This document shows positions 41,765-52,250 of a DNA stretch of 64,000 bases, piece by piece. A model generated the notes under the pieces. It did no database searches. It saw only the letters and a list, made by a program, of their open reading frames with translations, and was not told the DNA's origin. Source of the stretch: Chloroflexota bacterium (GTDB lineage Bacteria > Chloroflexota > Anaerolineae > Aggregatilineales > UBA3940); contig JAADYX010000159.1 in assembly GCA_010092885.1 (NCBI GenBank), positions 27,554 to 91,553 on the forward strand, read 5' to 3'. Each line of letters opens with the position of its first letter. The stretch's first letter is position 1. Position numbers and translations under genes: made by a program.

Positions 41765-42868
41765 ATGGAACGCATAGGTATTGATGCTCGTCTGACGTAC
41801 TATCGGCAGGGGGGCATTTCACAGATGATCTACCACCTGATCAAAGAGCTGCCGCATATCGATCCGGCACATGACTACGTGATTCTGCACAGCCGCAAGG
41901 ATACGCGTGATCTGACAACAGGCCCCAACCAGCGGCGGGCCATCTGCTGGACGCCGGCCCACCATCGCTTGGAACGCATCGCGTTGGCCGTCGAGACACT
42001 GCCCCTGCGGCTCGACCTGCTGCACAGCCCGGATTTCATCCCGCCTATTGATCTCGGTCCGAAGTCGGTGATCACCATTCACGACCTGACTTTCCTGCAT
42101 TATCCGGATTTTCTCACGAAAGAAAGCCGCCGCTACTACAACGGCCAGATCGACGCGGCCGTGGCCCGGGCCGATCACATCATTACGGACTCAGAGGCCA
42201 CCCGGCAGGATGTGCTGTCGCTGCTAGGGGCTGCACCGGATAAGGTCACAACCGTCTGGTTGGGCTTGGATCCACACTTCGCGCCTGCCACGGCAGATGC
42301 AATCAGCGCGCTGTGCGACCGGTACGCTCTGCACAAAGGGTACATTCTATTCGTGGGTACTTTTGAGCCACGCAAAAATCTACCGGGCTTGCTGAGAGCG
42401 TATGCTTCCCTGTCTGCGGATGCACCACAACTGGTCATTGCGGGGCGGCAGGGCTGGCTCACAGATGAGATCCACGCATTGGCTGCTGAGCTTCGGGTAG
42501 GGCAGCGCGTCGTCTGGCTGGAAGATGTGCCTTATGCGGACCTACCCGCCCTTTACAGTGGCGCATCCGTTTTGTGTCTGCCGTCTTTCTATGAAGGGTT
42601 TGGCTTCCCGCCATTGGAAGCCATGGCCTGTGGCACACCTGTTGTCGTGGCGAACCGTGCTTCCCTGCCGGAGATTGTTGGTGATGCTGCTGTATTGGTC
42701 GCTCCTGACTCTCCCGAGTCCATCGCGGAGGGGATCATGAGCGTCTTGTCCGATGAGACATTCTCCGCTGCCCTACGCGAGCGAGGGCGGAAACGCGCCC
42801 AACTGTTCGACTGGCGGGAGACCACCCGGCGGGTACATGCTATCTATGAACAGGTGCTCTCAACATAA
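41765..42868 (+). CDS. Family 4 (GT-B) glycosyltransferase
   Basis: GYILFVGTFEPRKN and PSFYEGFGFPPLEAMACGTPVVVAN (E-x7-E region). Confidence 0.8.
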   Translation: MERIGIDARLTYYRQGGISQMIYHLIKELPHIDPAHDYVILHSRKDTRDLTTGPNQRRAICWTPAHHRLERIALAVETLPLRLDLLHSPDFIPPIDLGPKSVITIHDLTFLHYPDFLTKESRRYYNGQIDAAVARADHIITDSEATRQDVLSLLGAAPDKVTTVWLGLDPHFAPATADAISALCDRYALHKGYILFVGTFEPRKNLPGLLRAYASLSADAPQLVIAGRQGWLTDEIHALAAELRVGQRVVWLEDVPYADLPALYSGASVLCLPSFYEGFGFPPLEAMACGTPVVVANRASLPEIVGDAAVLVAPDSPESIAEGIMSVLSDETFSAALRERGRKRAQLFDWRETTRRVHAIYEQVLST

Positions 42869-44055
42869 TGCGCATTCTGTTCTTGACACCGCAGCTGCCC
42901 TATCCACCCCATCAGGGCACTACCCTGCGTAACTTCGGCCTGATTGCAGGCCTCACACAGCGAGGGCACGCCATCACACTGCTTAGTTTTCGCGAAGAGG
43001 GACAGCCATCCCCTGCGGATACCCCGCTCGTCGATCTGTGCGAGCAGGTGCTCACCGTCCCGGCTCCACACCGGCGCTTCATCCAGCGAGTCGCGGCTCT
43101 GCTGCGGGGCAAAGCCGATCTGATTGACCGGCTTGCATCCGATGTGATGAACCGGACACTCAGCGATCTCCTCAACCGGGAAACCTTCGACTTCATCCAG
43201 ATCGAGGGGTTGGAGATAGCCGCTGTCATGAACGTGATCGGGACGGATGTCGTGATCTACGATGCGCATAATGCGGAACATGCCCTTCAACGGCGCATCG
43301 CAGCGGAAGGCGGACCGGTCCGGCGGATCTATTCCAGCATACAGGCAAGACGGTTGGTCCAGGCCGAACGTTCCATGATGCGGGCCGCCGCACTGACGTT
43401 CGCTTGTTCGACGGCGGATGCTGCCCTGCTGAAGGAGTTGGCTCCAAACCGATCCGTGGCTGTTGTGCCCAATGCCATCCACACTGCCGAATACACACCA
43501 GACGGCCCCACGGCCGATCTGCCCCAACCGGCGATTGTGTTCACCGGCAAGATGGATTTCCGCCCGAATATTGATGCAGCCCGGTGGTTTGCCGATGCGA
43601 TCCTGCCGCGCATCCATGAGCGAATGCCCGAGGTCCATTTCGTGATCGTTGGGCAGCGACCGGCCCCCAGCGTACAGCACCTGGCCGAGCATCCTCATAT
43701 CACGGTAACCGGCCGTGTCCCGACGATCCAACCGTACATCCGGGCGGCGGCAGTCTATGTGGCACCACTGCGTATGGGCAGTGGGACGCGGTTCAAGCTG
43801 CTGGAAACGATGGCAGTAGAACGACCGGTCGTCTCAACGACATTGGGTGCAGAGGGCCTCGCCGTTGCGGATGGCGTGCACATGCGACTGGCTGATGCAG
43901 AGGATGACTTTGCCAGCGCAGTGGTCGATCTGCTGCGCAGCCCACAGGAGCGGCAGCAGTTGACCGCAAATGCACGGGAATTGGTGCGCAGCCGCTATGA
44001 TTGGGAGGCGGTCATTCCCATTGTGGAGGATGCCTACAGCGCTTTGCGGGGCTGA
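42868..44055 (+). CDS. Family 4 (GT-B) glycosyltransferase
   Basis: Its ATG overlaps the upstream TAA (TAATG). MRILFLTPQLPYPPHQGTTLRNF and GSGTRFKLLETMAVERPVVST. Confidence 0.8.
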   Translation: MRILFLTPQLPYPPHQGTTLRNFGLIAGLTQRGHAITLLSFREEGQPSPADTPLVDLCEQVLTVPAPHRRFIQRVAALLRGKADLIDRLASDVMNRTLSDLLNRETFDFIQIEGLEIAAVMNVIGTDVVIYDAHNAEHALQRRIAAEGGPVRRIYSSIQARRLVQAERSMMRAAALTFACSTADAALLKELAPNRSVAVVPNAIHTAEYTPDGPTADLPQPAIVFTGKMDFRPNIDAARWFADAILPRIHERMPEVHFVIVGQRPAPSVQHLAEHPHITVTGRVPTIQPYIRAAAVYVAPLRMGSGTRFKLLETMAVERPVVSTTLGAEGLAVADGVHMRLADAEDDFASAVVDLLRSPQERQQLTANARELVRSRYDWEAVIPIVEDAYSALRG

Positions 44056-45728
44056 ACGGTCAGCGTGTGCTCGTTGCGATAGGTCACCAGTCCGGGCGGA
44101 GCTCCCTTGATCGGGCGCACATAGCGCCGCTCGGTGACATCCACCTCCACAGATGTATCCTGCCGGGCCGCTGAGTAATACGCCGCCAGTTCGGCTGCCT
44201 GCTGGATGACCTCGTCAGGGATGGGGCGGCCATCAAACTTGATCAGCACATGGCTGCCGGGCAGGCTGCGGGCATGCAGCCACAGATCATCACTATCGGC
44301 GCGCTCAGTGACGAGCTTATGATTCTGGCGCGCGTTGCGTCCGATGAAGATCACAAACCCGTCGGGCGTGGTCAGCCGCCGGATACCGGGTTTGCCGCCG
44401 CGCGGACCCCGCGTGCGCGACCCTTTCCAGTGGCCGCTTTCCTGAAGTGCTTCACGGACCGCCTCAATCTCCGGCCAGTTCTCAGCCATATCCAGATCGG
44501 TGCTGAGCTGTTCAAGGTAGGCCAAGTCGATCTTGGCATAGGCCTGACGGCGTGGGATCTCATCGGCAGCACGCTTTGCCTTCTCGTATTTGTCGAAGTA
44601 TTTCTGCGCATTCTCAGCGATAGAAAGCTCAGGATCGATGCTGACCTTCAGCGGCGGCCCGTCCGGATCGTACTGCGCTTCGAACTCGGTCGCGCCTGGG
44701 GAAAGCGTGGGCATATACGCATAGACCAGTTCGCCCTTTTTGCGCATCTCCTCCATCTTCTCCGGCGAGGCAGATTGGCGCTCGAGCGCGCGGTACTTGC
44801 GGCGGGCTCGATCAAGCGCATCGTCGATCTGTGCCCGGACGGTTGACTTCGCCGCCTCATAGGCTTCTGTGCCTACAGGCGCGCCAAAGTAACGCGCCAT
44901 CGCCTCACTGATGCTGGCCGCGGGCACCGTCTCACCCAGATGGGTCAGAGGGTAGGCGGCAAATGCCTTGAACCCTTCGCCGTCCGGCACCAGACAGGGG
45001 GTCCATTCTCCGGCTTTGGCCTGCTCAATCAAATCACTGAATGCACCATGTACCACCTCAGCGGCCATATCGAAAGCGCGGGCACGCGCATCTTCGGTAG
45101 CCCGATGGATCACTTCACGCGCGAACAGTGGACTGACCCCTGCGATATGACCGACCAACACCCGCCAGGCCTGTTCTTCGCCTTCCATCTCCAGCCAGGC
45201 GGCCAGCAGAGATGGGGTGACGGCTTCAGGGAGTGCCTTGTCCTGTGGGGGCGGCGGCACATAGGTGTGGCTGGGCAGAATAAGGCGTCTGCTGTTCTCA
45301 CGCGGGCCAACGCGCCGTATGGAGTCGAGGATCTCATCCCCGACCGTCATGATAACGTTGGCGCGCCGGTTGACCATCTCCGCGATCAGCGTGACATCGC
45401 CCTCGTTGTTGCTGAACTCGAAATGCAGGATACGTTCCCAAGGTGGTATAGTGATGGCATTCAGGCGGGCACCGTCAATGTACTTCCTCAGGAGAAGACC
45501 TATGGGCGAGGGTGTCTCCACACCACGGCGCACTTTATCCGGAACGATCAGGCAGCGCGGGTGGTCTGACTCGGCAGCCATCACCAGATACTGCCGTTCA
45601 CGGTTGGCGTAGATCTCCATCCCGATGGTTTCCTCGTCGATCTCAACGACAAGCTGTACACGTCCACCGCGCAGGCGGGCGTTGAACTCATCGGCCAGCG
45701 CCATACTGGTTATCGCATCAACATACAT
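44034..45728 (-). CDS. rqcH: NFACT-family ribosome quality control protein (RqcH/FbpA-like)
   Basis: NFACT-N start MYVDAITSMALADEFNARLRGGRVQ. C-terminal NFACT-R/DUF814 block DDLWLHARSLPGSHVLIK. It overlaps the GT4 3' end by 22 bp. Confidence 0.8.
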   Translation of the reverse strand: MYVDAITSMALADEFNARLRGGRVQLVVEIDEETIGMEIYANRERQYLVMAAESDHPRCLIVPDKVRRGVETPSPIGLLLRKYIDGARLNAITIPPWERILHFEFSNNEGDVTLIAEMVNRRANVIMTVGDEILDSIRRVGPRENSRRLILPSHTYVPPPPQDKALPEAVTPSLLAAWLEMEGEEQAWRVLVGHIAGVSPLFAREVIHRATEDARARAFDMAAEVVHGAFSDLIEQAKAGEWTPCLVPDGEGFKAFAAYPLTHLGETVPAASISEAMARYFGAPVGTEAYEAAKSTVRAQIDDALDRARRKYRALERQSASPEKMEEMRKKGELVYAYMPTLSPGATEFEAQYDPDGPPLKVSIDPELSIAENAQKYFDKYEKAKRAADEIPRRQAYAKIDLAYLEQLSTDLDMAENWPEIEAVREALQESGHWKGSRTRGPRGGKPGIRRLTTPDGFVIFIGRNARQNHKLVTERADSDDLWLHARSLPGSHVLIKFDGRPIPDEVIQQAAELAAYYSAARQDTSVEVDVTERRYVRPIKGAPPGLVTYRNEHTLTVQPRKAL

Positions 45729-45745
45729 AGAGGGTCACCTGAATC

Positions 45746-45770
45746 AAAATGCCGGGTGTGTTCACCCGGC
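45746..45770 (-). terminator. Intrinsic terminator after the small membrane-protein gene
   Basis: Minus strand: GCCGGGUG, loop AACA, CACCCGGC (8 bp), then AUUUUGAUU. Confidence 0.65.
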
Positions 45771-45793
45771 ACCTTACCCTATTGTATGACAGT

Positions 45794-46333
45794 CTACACA
45801 TTCTGCTGTTGTGAACCGCGCCACGCACCGAAGAGAATGCCCGCTCCGATGATGATGAGAACCACCGGCCAGAGATTTCCGACGACCTGCAGGAATTGTT
45901 CACCTGCCTCACCGGCAAGCAGTGCCCCGCCAATGAGTGCCATAATCCCACCGGGGATGAGGGGCCACCAATGCGTCTCCTCACCGAAAAACAGGGTAGC
46001 GACCGTAATGCTGCCCCAGCCCAGTGCAAATGCGAGCAGGAAGATACCTCCCTCATTCGCTTCTGCGAGGAGGGGGAGTGCAGCCTGGTTTTCCATCGCA
46101 ATGATGCCCAGCGCGACGCCGAGCAGAATGCCACCGGGAATCATCCAACCGGAGCTGCGACGAACAATGCCCAGGACCATCATCACGAGGCCGGGCAGCG
46201 CCACAAACAGCACACCCATCTCGATAAACTGACCGAGGAAGAACAAGAGCCCAAGGGCAATAAGTCCCACACCGATCCAAATCGCGTTGTTTTCCTCTGA
46301 GGGATTCTGTTGGTCTGCGGGTATGTTTTCCAT
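45794..46333 (-). CDS. Small multi-TM membrane protein (LiaI/LiaF-TM-like), downstream of a NarL-type two-component system
   Basis: AAGGAGAG SD. Repeated glycine-rich TM segments: IWIGVGLIALGLLFFLGQF, WMIPGGILLGVALGIIA, WPLIPGGIMALIGGALL, WPVVLIIIGAGILFG. Family assignment is tentative. Confidence 0.5.
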   Translation of the reverse strand: MENIPADQQNPSEENNAIWIGVGLIALGLLFFLGQFIEMGVLFVALPGLVMMVLGIVRRSSGWMIPGGILLGVALGIIAMENQAALPLLAEANEGGIFLLAFALGWGSITVATLFFGEETHWWPLIPGGIMALIGGALLAGEAGEQFLQVVGNLWPVVLIIIGAGILFGAWRGSQQQNV

Positions 46334-46437
46334 GAAATGCTCTCCTTCTTAAGGCGATGCTTCGTTGTTACATAAAGCATACGCTGCATCCAGCTGTTCA
46401 GTGAGTGCAGGAGGTCACATCTCACCTATCCCCACGG

Positions 46438-47082
46438 TCATAGTATGCGCAGTTCCTGCGCGCGCAGCACAGCCTGCGTGCGATCGCGGACCTCCAACTT
46501 GCCCAGCAGGTTAGAGACATGGTTCTTCACGGTGCCTTCCGTGATGAAAAGCCGCTCCGCGATCTCTTTGTTGGAAAGACCATCAGCGATGGCGCGCAGG
46601 ACGTCCAACTCGCGCTCGGTGAGGGGTTCGGGCAGAGTCTGGTTGGGATCGGTAGCACTGGCCAACCGGGAGAACTCTGCAACAACCTTGCGGGTAATGC
46701 TCGGCTGAATGAGCGCCCCCCCATCCGCGACTGTGCGCACGGCTTCCGCCATCTCCTCGCTGTTGATATCCTTGAGCAGGTAGCCGCGGGCACCAGCTTT
46801 GAGCCCCTCAAAGATGTATTCATCGTCATCGAAGGTCGTCAGGATAATAACGCCCACCTCCGGATGCCGTTCTGTGATAGCGCGCGTGGCAGCCACCCCA
46901 TCCATAACTGGCATGCGAATATCCATCAGAACGACATCTGGCTGGCTGCTATCGATCAGGTCGAGCGCATGCTGACCATCGCTCGCCTGGGCCACCACTT
47001 CGATGTCAGGCTCTGTCTCAAGCAGAATCTGTATGCCCTGGCGAACCAGAGTCTGGTCGTCGACAAGCATCACCCGGATCAT
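46438..47082 (-). CDS. NarL/FixJ-family response regulator
   Basis: [30 protein letters not shown], and the LuxR HTH LTERELDVLRAIADGLSNKEIAERLFITEGTVKNHVSNLLGKL. Confidence 0.9.
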   Translation of the reverse strand: MIRVMLVDDQTLVRQGIQILLETEPDIEVVAQASDGQHALDLIDSSQPDVVLMDIRMPVMDGVAATRAITERHPEVGVIILTTFDDDEYIFEGLKAGARGYLLKDINSEEMAEAVRTVADGGALIQPSITRKVVAEFSRLASATDPNQTLPEPLTERELDVLRAIADGLSNKEIAERLFITEGTVKNHVSNLLGKLEVRDRTQAVLRAQELRIL

Positions 47083-48281
47083 GAAACAGTCTCCTGGAGG
47101 GTAGGCAAAGACATTTCCAGTATAAATCCACCGCCTTCGCGTGGGCCAGCCGAAAGGGTCCCGCCCAGGTGAGTGGCCCGTTCACGTAGACCAGCCAGGC
47201 CGAACCCGCTGCCGTTGGACGATGGTCTGCCGCTCTCTTCGACCGGATCGCCGTCATTGGCAACCTGTAGGTGAACCCGACCAGGATGATAGAACAAGTC
47301 CACAGTCACTGACGCAGCCCCATGCCCGTATTTCTGAGCATTGGTCAGGCCCTCCTGCGCGGCACGATATAGGGTCAGAGCAGCCCGTGTATCGAGCGGC
47401 AGCACAGAGCCATGAACCCTCAACGTGCTTTCCAGCTGGGAATGTGCGTTGAAATCAGCAACAAGACGAGCCACAGCTTCATCGAGTGATCGGCCATCCA
47501 AGGGAGTACGCCGCATGACGGCAACGCTGCGCCGGACCTCCTGCATGGCGGCCTGGGCTTCCGCCAAACACACATCGATCACACTGCGGGCACGGGATGG
47601 ATCGCGCTCAATGAGTTTAGCTGCCGCCTGCAGTTGAATGTTCAAAGCGGTGAGGTGATGCCCCAACCCATCGTGGATCTCACGCGCCAGATGCACCCTT
47701 TCGGCGGCGGCAGCCAATTCCTTTTCACGCTCCTGGGCCTGCTGCAGCTCATTGAGAAGCTGTTCCACGCGATGCTGTTTCTTCTGGCTGGCACGCAGCG
47801 ATATCGTCAGAGTGATGACAAATACCAGACCAATCGCAAACGACCCCACCAATGAGAAGTAGTCCTCGGCGGAGAACCCCAGAATGGCCAGGCTCACGAG
47901 GAAAGCCATCACCAGAAGCGCGGTGAACACGCTCGCTTGAGGCGGGCTTTTGACGGAATATGCCTGTGATGTCAGCATGAAAACCAGGTAGATGACCAAG
48001 CCTGTTTGGCTGACCAGAAATGTGGCAACGATGAGCGCAGCCGACACTATCAGGAATGCCCAATCGTGCTGCGGTGTTTGCTCCAGATCCATCCATGCGA
48101 TGTTGATGATCACCATCAGGCTGAACAGGGTGATGGACGTATAGTAAACAGGATCGGTCGAACTGCTGCGCCCGTCAATGATGTATGTGAGCAGCACACC
48201 AAAGGTCACAGCATAGGCTGCCCACTGCAGAAATGAGTCACCACTTGGCAGCAGCCGGGCTATAAAAGGTGGCAGTTTCAT
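47079..48281 (-). CDS. Sensor histidine kinase (HisKA_3 type) with polytopic N-terminal membrane domain
   Basis: Trimmed to ATG 48281. Several TM segments, H-box [20 protein letters not shown], ATPase blocks [11 protein letters not shown] and [10 protein letters not shown]. 4-bp overlap with the regulator gene. Confidence 0.85.
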   Translation of the reverse strand: MKLPPFIARLLPSGDSFLQWAAYAVTFGVLLTYIIDGRSSSTDPVYYTSITLFSLMVIINIAWMDLEQTPQHDWAFLIVSAALIVATFLVSQTGLVIYLVFMLTSQAYSVKSPPQASVFTALLVMAFLVSLAILGFSAEDYFSLVGSFAIGLVFVITLTISLRASQKKQHRVEQLLNELQQAQEREKELAAAAERVHLAREIHDGLGHHLTALNIQLQAAAKLIERDPSRARSVIDVCLAEAQAAMQEVRRSVAVMRRTPLDGRSLDEAVARLVADFNAHSQLESTLRVHGSVLPLDTRAALTLYRAAQEGLTNAQKYGHGAASVTVDLFYHPGRVHLQVANDGDPVEESGRPSSNGSGFGLAGLRERATHLGGTLSAGPREGGGFILEMSLPTLQETVS

Positions 48282-48345
48282 GAGGCGCTTCCGATCACAC
48301 CTTTGCGGTATAGTATGGTGTACGCTATTCAAATTAGGAGCAGGT

Positions 48346-50409
48346 ATGCAGCAGTTTGAATTGGTATCCGAGTTCCGGCCCACTGGCGACCAGCCCAAAG
48401 CGATTGTACAGCTTGTGGAAGGCATTCAGGCGGGCCACAAACATCAGACGCTGTTGGGAGCCACCGGCACCGGCAAGACCTTTGTGATGGCGAACATTGT
48501 CCAGCAGATTAACCGGCCCACGCTGGTACTGGCGCATAACAAGACCTTGGCCGCACAACTCTACTCTGAGTTTCGTTCGTTCTTTCCGCACAATGCAGTC
48601 GAGTACTTTGTATCGTATTATGACTATTATCAGCCAGAAGCGTATGTACCACGGCACGATCTGTATATCGCAAAGGAAACACAGATCAATGACCAGATCG
48701 ACCGGCTGCGCATCGCGGCAACGGCCGCACTCCTGACCCGGCGCGACGTACTGATTGTGGCATCCGTATCATGCATCTATGGTCTGGGCAGCCCGCTCAC
48801 GTGGAACAAAGCGAAGATCGTGATCGAGGCAGGTTCTACCGTACGCCGTGACAATTTGCTGCGCAAACTGGTGCGTATCCAATACAGCCGCAACGATCTT
48901 GACCTGAAGCACGGCGCGTTCAGGGTCCGTGGCGACACGTTGGAGATCATGCCCGCATATGGCTCGACTGCATTCCGGGTTGAGCTGTGGGGCGACGACA
49001 TCGAACGGATCACGGAGTTTGACCCGGTGACCGGCGAACTGATCGCAGACCACCACTCGGTGACCATCTTCCCCTCACGCCACTACATTGCGGAGAGAAA
49101 CACCCTTCAGGTCTCCATCCAGGACATCGAGGAGGAATTGGAGGAGCGGGTTAAGTTCCTCGAATCGCAGGAGCGTCTGTTGGAGGCACAGCGGATCAAG
49201 CAGCGCACCCGCTACGATCTGGATATGCTGCGCGAGGCGGGGTACTGCTCCGGCATTGAGAACTACTCCCGCCATATGGACCGCCGTCTGCCGGGTGAGC
49301 CCCCCTACACACTGTTGGACTACTTCCCCGACGACTGGCTGATGATCATCGACGAGTCCCATATGACGGTGCCGCAGGTCCGAGGCATGTATGCTGGTGA
49401 CCGCAGCCGTAAAGAGATCCTCATTGACCACGGCTTCCGGCTGCCGAGTGCCTTGGACAACCGACCCTTGAACTTTGACGAGTTCGAGCAACGGCTACCA
49501 GCTGTGATCTATACTTCAGCCACGCCCGGACCGTATGAATTGGAACACAGCGCACAGATCGTTGAGCAGATCATCCGCCCGACGGGCCTTGTAGACCCGA
49601 TCGTGGAGGTACGTCCGGTTGAGGGACAGATTGACGATCTGCTGGAAGAGGTGCGCCAACGCATCGAACGCGGGGAGCGCACACTCGTTACCACACTGAC
49701 GATCCGGATGGCCGAAAAGCTCGCCGACTATCTGCTGGAAAACGGCCTGAAGGTACACTATCTGCACAGCCAGATCGATACGTTAGAACGCATCGAGATC
49801 CTGCGCGATCTGCGTTTGGGTGTCTACGATGTGATGGTCGGCATCAACCTGCTGCGTGAGGGACTTGACCTGCCGGAAGTCTCGCTGGTGGCCATTCTGG
49901 ATGCCGATAAGCAGGGGTTCCTGCGGTCAGCCACATCCCTTATCCAGACGATTGGACGCGCGGCCCGCCATGTCAACGGGCGTGTGCTCATGTACGCGGA
50001 CAAAGTATCCGATGCAATGCAGGAAGCTATCGACGAGACTGAACGCCGCCGCGCCATTCAGATCGCCTACAATGAGGAACACGGCATCGAACCAAAAGGC
50101 ATCATGAAGCGCATCAGTGACCTGACGGAGCGTGTCCGCGTGGAAGCGGCGCAGGCCGCCGGCATTGATGAGGAAGACGCTCAAGGGATGCTCAAGCCGC
50201 GGAATATGCCTGAGCACGAGCTGGAACGTCTGATCGGCCAGTTGGAAGAGCAGATGCGCGAGTCCGCGGCGAATCTTGAGTTTGAGCAGGCTGCCCTGCT
50301 GCGCGACCAAGTCTACGAACTGCGTGATGTGCTGCTCGCCAAACAGACCGGGCGCAAGGATATTCCAATCTGGGAGCAGGACCGCATGATGCCCGTGGCC
50401 GAAGAATAA
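48346..50409 (+). CDS. uvrB: Excinuclease ABC subunit B
   Basis: Trimmed to ATG 48346 (AGGAG SD). [30 protein letters not shown]-terminal UVR motif [17 protein letters not shown]. Confidence 0.95.
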   Translation: MQQFELVSEFRPTGDQPKAIVQLVEGIQAGHKHQTLLGATGTGKTFVMANIVQQINRPTLVLAHNKTLAAQLYSEFRSFFPHNAVEYFVSYYDYYQPEAYVPRHDLYIAKETQINDQIDRLRIAATAALLTRRDVLIVASVSCIYGLGSPLTWNKAKIVIEAGSTVRRDNLLRKLVRIQYSRNDLDLKHGAFRVRGDTLEIMPAYGSTAFRVELWGDDIERITEFDPVTGELIADHHSVTIFPSRHYIAERNTLQVSIQDIEEELEERVKFLESQERLLEAQRIKQRTRYDLDMLREAGYCSGIENYSRHMDRRLPGEPPYTLLDYFPDDWLMIIDESHMTVPQVRGMYAGDRSRKEILIDHGFRLPSALDNRPLNFDEFEQRLPAVIYTSATPGPYELEHSAQIVEQIIRPTGLVDPIVEVRPVEGQIDDLLEEVRQRIERGERTLVTTLTIRMAEKLADYLLENGLKVHYLHSQIDTLERIEILRDLRLGVYDVMVGINLLREGLDLPEVSLVAILDADKQGFLRSATSLIQTIGRAARHVNGRVLMYADKVSDAMQEAIDETERRRAIQIAYNEEHGIEPKGIMKRISDLTERVRVEAAQAAGIDEEDAQGMLKPRNMPEHELERLIGQLEEQMRESAANLEFEQAALLRDQVYELRDVLLAKQTGRKDIPIWEQDRMMPVAEE

Positions 50410-50424
50410 CAATGGAGCAGACCT

Positions 50425-51027
50425 ATGGAGCCAGTGAGCGTGCTGCTGGTCATGCAGCAGACGGCCGGTTTACAAGCAGAGCTTGAGCAGGCCGGCGATG
50501 TCGTGCTGGTCGGGGCGGTCAATGATCAGAGCGCAGCGATGACCCATACCGCGAGACTCCAGCCGGACTACGTGGTCATTGACTATGACATCCCCTATCT
50601 GGACGGGATCGCGACCCTGCGCGGTATTGCTCAGGAAAATGAGCGCGCGCAGACGGTCGTGATGTCTGAGTCGCAGGATGTCACTCAGATCCGCAGCGCG
50701 ATGCGGGCTGGTGCGCGAGACTATCTCTTCAAGCCGGTAAAGCAGGGCGAAGTGGTCGAGACGATCCGGTGGTTGGTGCGCGAACGACGCGACTATGCCA
50801 GGATGTCATCCTTCATGAACAGGCTGCGCCGCGCCTACGAAACCATGTTCTACGATGACAAGCCGGTCCCGGAGCGCGTGGTCCGCTTTCTGGAAGCCCA
50901 ATCAAGCGAACCCGGTGTCGATCTGCTGACGCTTGAAACGTTGGCTGTCGCCTATGCCCGCAATCGTCAGTGGGCCAAACTCAAGCCGCTCGCCGCACGA
51001 CTGGCTGAAACAGATCTGTACCGGTAA
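50425..51027 (+). CDS. Atypical receiver-domain protein with an uncharacterised C-terminal region
   Basis: It has a receiver topology. The first strand reads SVLLVMQQ, not the usual acidic pair. DYVVIDYDIPYLDG, VVMSES and DYLFKP are retained. The C-terminal ~80 aa have no recognisable DNA-binding or enzymatic motif. Confidence 0.6.
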   Translation: MEPVSVLLVMQQTAGLQAELEQAGDVVLVGAVNDQSAAMTHTARLQPDYVVIDYDIPYLDGIATLRGIAQENERAQTVVMSESQDVTQIRSAMRAGARDYLFKPVKQGEVVETIRWLVRERRDYARMSSFMNRLRRAYETMFYDDKPVPERVVRFLEAQSSEPGVDLLTLETLAVAYARNRQWAKLKPLAARLAETDLYR

Positions 51028-51033
51028 ACAGAC

Positions 51034-51061
51034 GGGAGCCGTTCTGGGCAGAGCGGCTCCC
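51034..51061. terminator. Hairpin between convergent genes
   Basis: GGGAGCCG (51034..51041), 12-nt loop, CGGCTCCC (51054..51061). No strong U tract. Confidence 0.4.
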
Positions 51062-51076
51062 ACTACCGGTTTCTGG

Positions 51077-52183
51077 TTAGATCTGGAACTCGCCATCCTT
51101 GTAGAACAGCTCGCCGTCAACGATGATCTCGCCACCGTCGCGCATATCACAGATCATATCCCAGTGCACCGCAGACTTGTTCACAGAGCCTGTATCCGGA
51201 TAGCCCGCACCGACTGCCATGTGCACAGTACCACCGATTTTCTCGTCAAAGAGTATGCTTCGTGTGAAGTCCTGGATCTGCCGGTTGGTGCCAATAGCGA
51301 ACTCACCGAGTGTTCGTGATCCCTCATCTGTATCCAGCACGGAAAGCAGGAAGTCCTCGCCTTTGTCGGCAGTTGCTTCAACAACACGGCCCTCTTCGAA
51401 CTTGATCTGCACGCCGTTGACCTCGCGGCCGCTGTATACTGCCGGATACGTGAACCGCACCCAGCCGTTGACTGAGTCCTCAACCGGTCCAGTGAAGATC
51501 TCGCCGTCCGGGAAGTTCTTTTTGCCGTCGGCATTGATAAACGTGCGCCCGTCAATGGAAAGGGTCAGGTCGATGTTGTCGCCCTTGACCTCAACCTGCT
51601 TTTTGCCTTCAAGCCAATCAACCAGACGCTGCTGGTCCACGGAGAACTGCCGCCACCATTCTGCCGGATCATCGAGGTGGAGCATACCGGCACTGTACAC
51701 GAAATCGATGTAGGCATCAAGGCTCATCTCTGCGTCTTGAGCAGCCGCCTGAGTGGGAACGCGTGTGCCAACCCAGCGCAGGTCGCCGCGCCCCTGACGG
51801 TCCATGAAGGTCTCGATGATCGGTTCGTTGGCTTTGCGGTTCGTTGCAAGGCGGGCCGGATCCGCGTTGGAAAGGGCTTTGGTATTGCCCGGTCCACCCA
51901 GTGAGATCCGTACATCAGCGTTCGTCGTCAGCCAATGAGTAACCGGATCCATAAAGTTCAGCTGGTCATCGTTTGCCAGCCGCATAAAGGCATCGCCAAA
52001 GCGACCGCTGCTGGAAGACATGGTCACTACCGGGTTGCCGCCTGCCTGCAGGATCTGCTCGTAGACAGCAAGACCAGCCTCCTCAGCAAGGCTTTCATAG
52101 CGCAGCCAGACCAGATCGCCCGGCTGAACGGCTACAGAATAGTTAACCAGCACGTCAGCCAGCTTACGCACACGGGGGTCCAT
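51077..52183 (-). CDS. Aminopeptidase, M29 (AmpS/PepS) family
   Basis: MDPRVRKLADVLVNYSVAVQPGD, the overall 368-aa length, and GTVHMAVGAGYP-type C-terminal block are typical of thermophilic metalloaminopeptidases. Confidence 0.75.
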   Translation of the reverse strand: MDPRVRKLADVLVNYSVAVQPGDLVWLRYESLAEEAGLAVYEQILQAGGNPVVTMSSSSGRFGDAFMRLANDDQLNFMDPVTHWLTTNADVRISLGGPGNTKALSNADPARLATNRKANEPIIETFMDRQGRGDLRWVGTRVPTQAAAQDAEMSLDAYIDFVYSAGMLHLDDPAEWWRQFSVDQQRLVDWLEGKKQVEVKGDNIDLTLSIDGRTFINADGKKNFPDGEIFTGPVEDSVNGWVRFTYPAVYSGREVNGVQIKFEEGRVVEATADKGEDFLLSVLDTDEGSRTLGEFAIGTNRQIQDFTRSILFDEKIGGTVHMAVGAGYPDTGSVNKSAVHWDMICDMRDGGEIIVDGELFYKDGEFQI

Positions 52184-52250
52184 AGGGTGATTCTCCTTCA
52201 GTCAATAAGGTGGAAGGTCGTGGGGTGAGTGGCTAAAGTAGATTTAGCGA

